A stretch of 64,000 nt of DNA from the human T2T-CHM13v2.0 reference genome, Homo sapiens: the NCBI RefSeq assembly GCF_009914755.1, contig NC_060926.1, one strand, 5' to 3'. The first letter of the stretch is position 1; every line of letters starts with the position of its first letter. Below, piece by piece: positions 61,700 to 64,000 of this stretch. The position numbers were made by a program, and so were the translations under genes. The notes below the pieces were generated by a model, which worked only from the letters and a program-made list of their open reading frames with translations, was not told where the DNA came from and made no database searches.

Positions 61700-61857
61700 A
61701 GGAACCTCTAAAAGATCCCCTTGAGTGGCATAGGTTTTAGCAATTACTTATTGGCAGTTATGTTTTATCTTTTCTTCACTGTCTGGAAGAAATGTGGCTG
61801 GGTTAAGAGTTGCACAAGTGCACAGTTGCAGCACTGGCCCTTCAACAGAGCCTGATA
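61681..61857 (-). pseudogene. HERV-W pol fragment (connection / start of RNase H)
   Basis: Translates EGPVLQLCTCATLNPATFLPDSEEKIKHNCQ*VIAKTYATQGDLLEVPLTDPDL; LNPATFLP is the gammaretroviral pre-RNaseH motif. Confidence 0.9.
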
Positions 61858-61945
61858 TTTGTCAGTTTTAACTTTCAAAAAACAAACTCTTTGTTTCATT
61901 GATATTTTATATCATTTTCTTTATTTCATTCATTCTGCTCTGATC

Positions 61946-62255
61946 TTTTTTTTTTTTTTTTTTGAGACAGTGTCATGCTTTGTCACCCAGGCTGGAGCGC
62001 AGTGGTGTGATCTCAGCTCACTGCAGCATTGACCTCCTAGACTCAGGTGATCCTCCTGCCTCAGCCCCCCAAGTAGCTGGGACTGCAGGCATAGGCCGCC
62101 ATGCCTGGATATATATATATACTTTTTTTGAATTTTTTGTAGAGACAGTGTTTCGCCATGTTGTCCAGGCTGGACTTGAACTCCTGAGCTCAAGTGATCT
62201 GCTGTCTCAGCCTCCCAAAGTGCTAGGATTACAGGCATGAACCACCATGCCCAGC
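61946..62255 (-). mobile_element. Alu (AluJ-like) with (TA)n in the linker
   Basis: Dimeric Alu with poly(T). Confidence 0.9.
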
Positions 62256-62689
62256 CTTTTCTTAATTCTATATAACATGCTTATGCTACAAATTTTTTAT
62301 ATTATATTTTATTTATTGTTTTCCTAGATTTAGAAAGTATTCTACTACTTTTAATGTCTCCCAGTTTCCCTCATTGCATTATTTTGATAGTTATATTGTA
62401 GTGTTAGTCACATCAATATTAATATTCCTTTCACTGTGATTATATCAACATTATTTATAGCAGAGCCAAATAATGTACTACAGTTACAATTCCTTCTGTT
62501 TTGTGAATGTTGTATTTCCCCTGTAGTTAATAATTACCCTTTTTTTTCTTGGTATTGATATCTGTGACTAATATGTCCCTAAAGTCTTTACCAGAGTTTT
62601 AAAAGATCTCTCAACATTGTTGAAACTCTCAGATAATTTATCAGTCTTAGCTTCTTTTTGAAAGACATTTTTTTCTGGAACCTTATTTC

Positions 62690-63001
<312 letters not shown>

Positions 63002-63099
63002 CTGGAACCTTATTTCTATCTGATTTCTTCTCAGGTATATTGAGATTTCTCTTCATCATTATGTTTGGAATTCACTGGGCTTTTTCTCCTAAAGGTCTT

Positions 63100-63428
63100 G
63101 TGTTAGTTCAGGCTGCTGTAACAAAGTACTTTCGACTGGGTAATTTATAAGCAATAGGAATTTATTGCTCACAGTTCTGCGGGCTGGGAAGTTCAAGATC
63201 AAGGCACAAACAGATTTGGTGTCTAATGGGGGCCCATTCCTCATGGATGGCACCTTCTATGTGTTCTCACATGGCAGAAGGGCAAAAGAGGCAAAAAACC
63301 TTCCTCAGGCCTCTTTTATAAGGACACTAATCCCATTTATGAGGGCTCCACCTCTTAATAACAACACACTGGGGGACTGGGTTTCAGCATACGAATTTTG
63401 GAGAAACACAAACATTCAGACCATAGCA
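63100..63428 (-). mobile_element. MaLR solo LTR (MLT1A/MSTD-like)
   Basis: tgtgttagttcaggctgctgtaacaaa...aacattcagaccatagca. Confidence 0.82.
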
Positions 63429-63460
63429 GATCCTTTATCTTTCTCTTTCTTGGTTTATCC

Positions 63461-63669
63461 CAGTGGTGTGCTGGTACATGTAACAACCACCTGGGGGTCA
63501 GGGAGGGTTGAGGGGGATGGGAAGCCCTAGTTCGTAGTGTTTGCTGATTTCTGTGGTATCAATAGTCCCATCATGGCTGGTTTTAAGTGACCAATGTGAT
63601 GTCACTAAACTCAGAGTTGAAAAGAGATAATCTTGGGTGCTGGCCTGAGCCAGCTACAGCACACCACTG
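63461..63669 (+). mobile_element. MER63A-like hAT-Blackjack MITE
   Basis: TIRs cagtggtgtgct / agcacaccactg. Confidence 0.8.
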
Positions 63670-64000
63670 GGTTACTCCCTTATTTTGATGGAACACATCT
63701 ACTACTTCCTGAAAAAGGGTACATGGGAAGTAAATGTTTTGAAAACTTCACTTTTTTTTTGGAAAATGACTTTTTAAACTTTCACACTCAATTGACTTTG
63801 TCTTGATATTAAAATCTAGCTGGGGAATAGTTTTCACTCAGAACTTTGGGAGTGTTGCTCCATTTTCTTCGAGTTTCCAGTGTTGCTGGTGAGAACTCTG
63901 GTGCCATCCTGGCCTCATCCTTTTTATCTTATTTTCCTTCTCTGGAAGCCTTTAGAATCTTCTCTTCATCCCTGATTATATACAATTTCATGATGATGGA

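Larger units (their letters stand above)
60364..61857 (-). pseudogene. HERV-W processed pseudogene (5'-truncated pol fragment / env 3' half / U3-R / poly(A))
   Basis: LTR stops at the end of R (no U5) followed by poly(A); TSD tttgtcag at 60356 and 61858. Confidence 0.95.

Overview
Repeat-dense catarrhine primate genomic DNA, most likely human or ape (AluJ/S/Y, L1PA/MA/MB, HAL1, MaLR, ERVL, HERV-W, hAT and Tc1-mariner fossils). I see no intact cellular protein-coding gene, rRNA, tRNA or CRISPR. There are three main structures. (1) A decayed two-LTR ERVL provirus (LTR16/ERV3-16A3-like) at ~2.8-8.8 kb. (2) An HNRNPK processed pseudogene on the minus strand (~57.16-59.14 kb). (3) An L1-mobilised HERV-W processed pseudogene on the minus strand (60.36-61.86 kb), in which a pol fragment is fused in frame through ACCTCA microhomology to the 3' half of a syncytin-1-like env, leaving the TM subunit open. 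Structures 2 and 3 are nested in one old L1MA, which also holds a THE1 LTR and a locally templated ~280-bp self-duplication. The HERV-W U3 promoter points at the HNRNPK retrocopy ~1.2 kb downstream. Repeat subfamily names are from recalled consensus sequences, not from an alignment run, and some boundaries are approximate.
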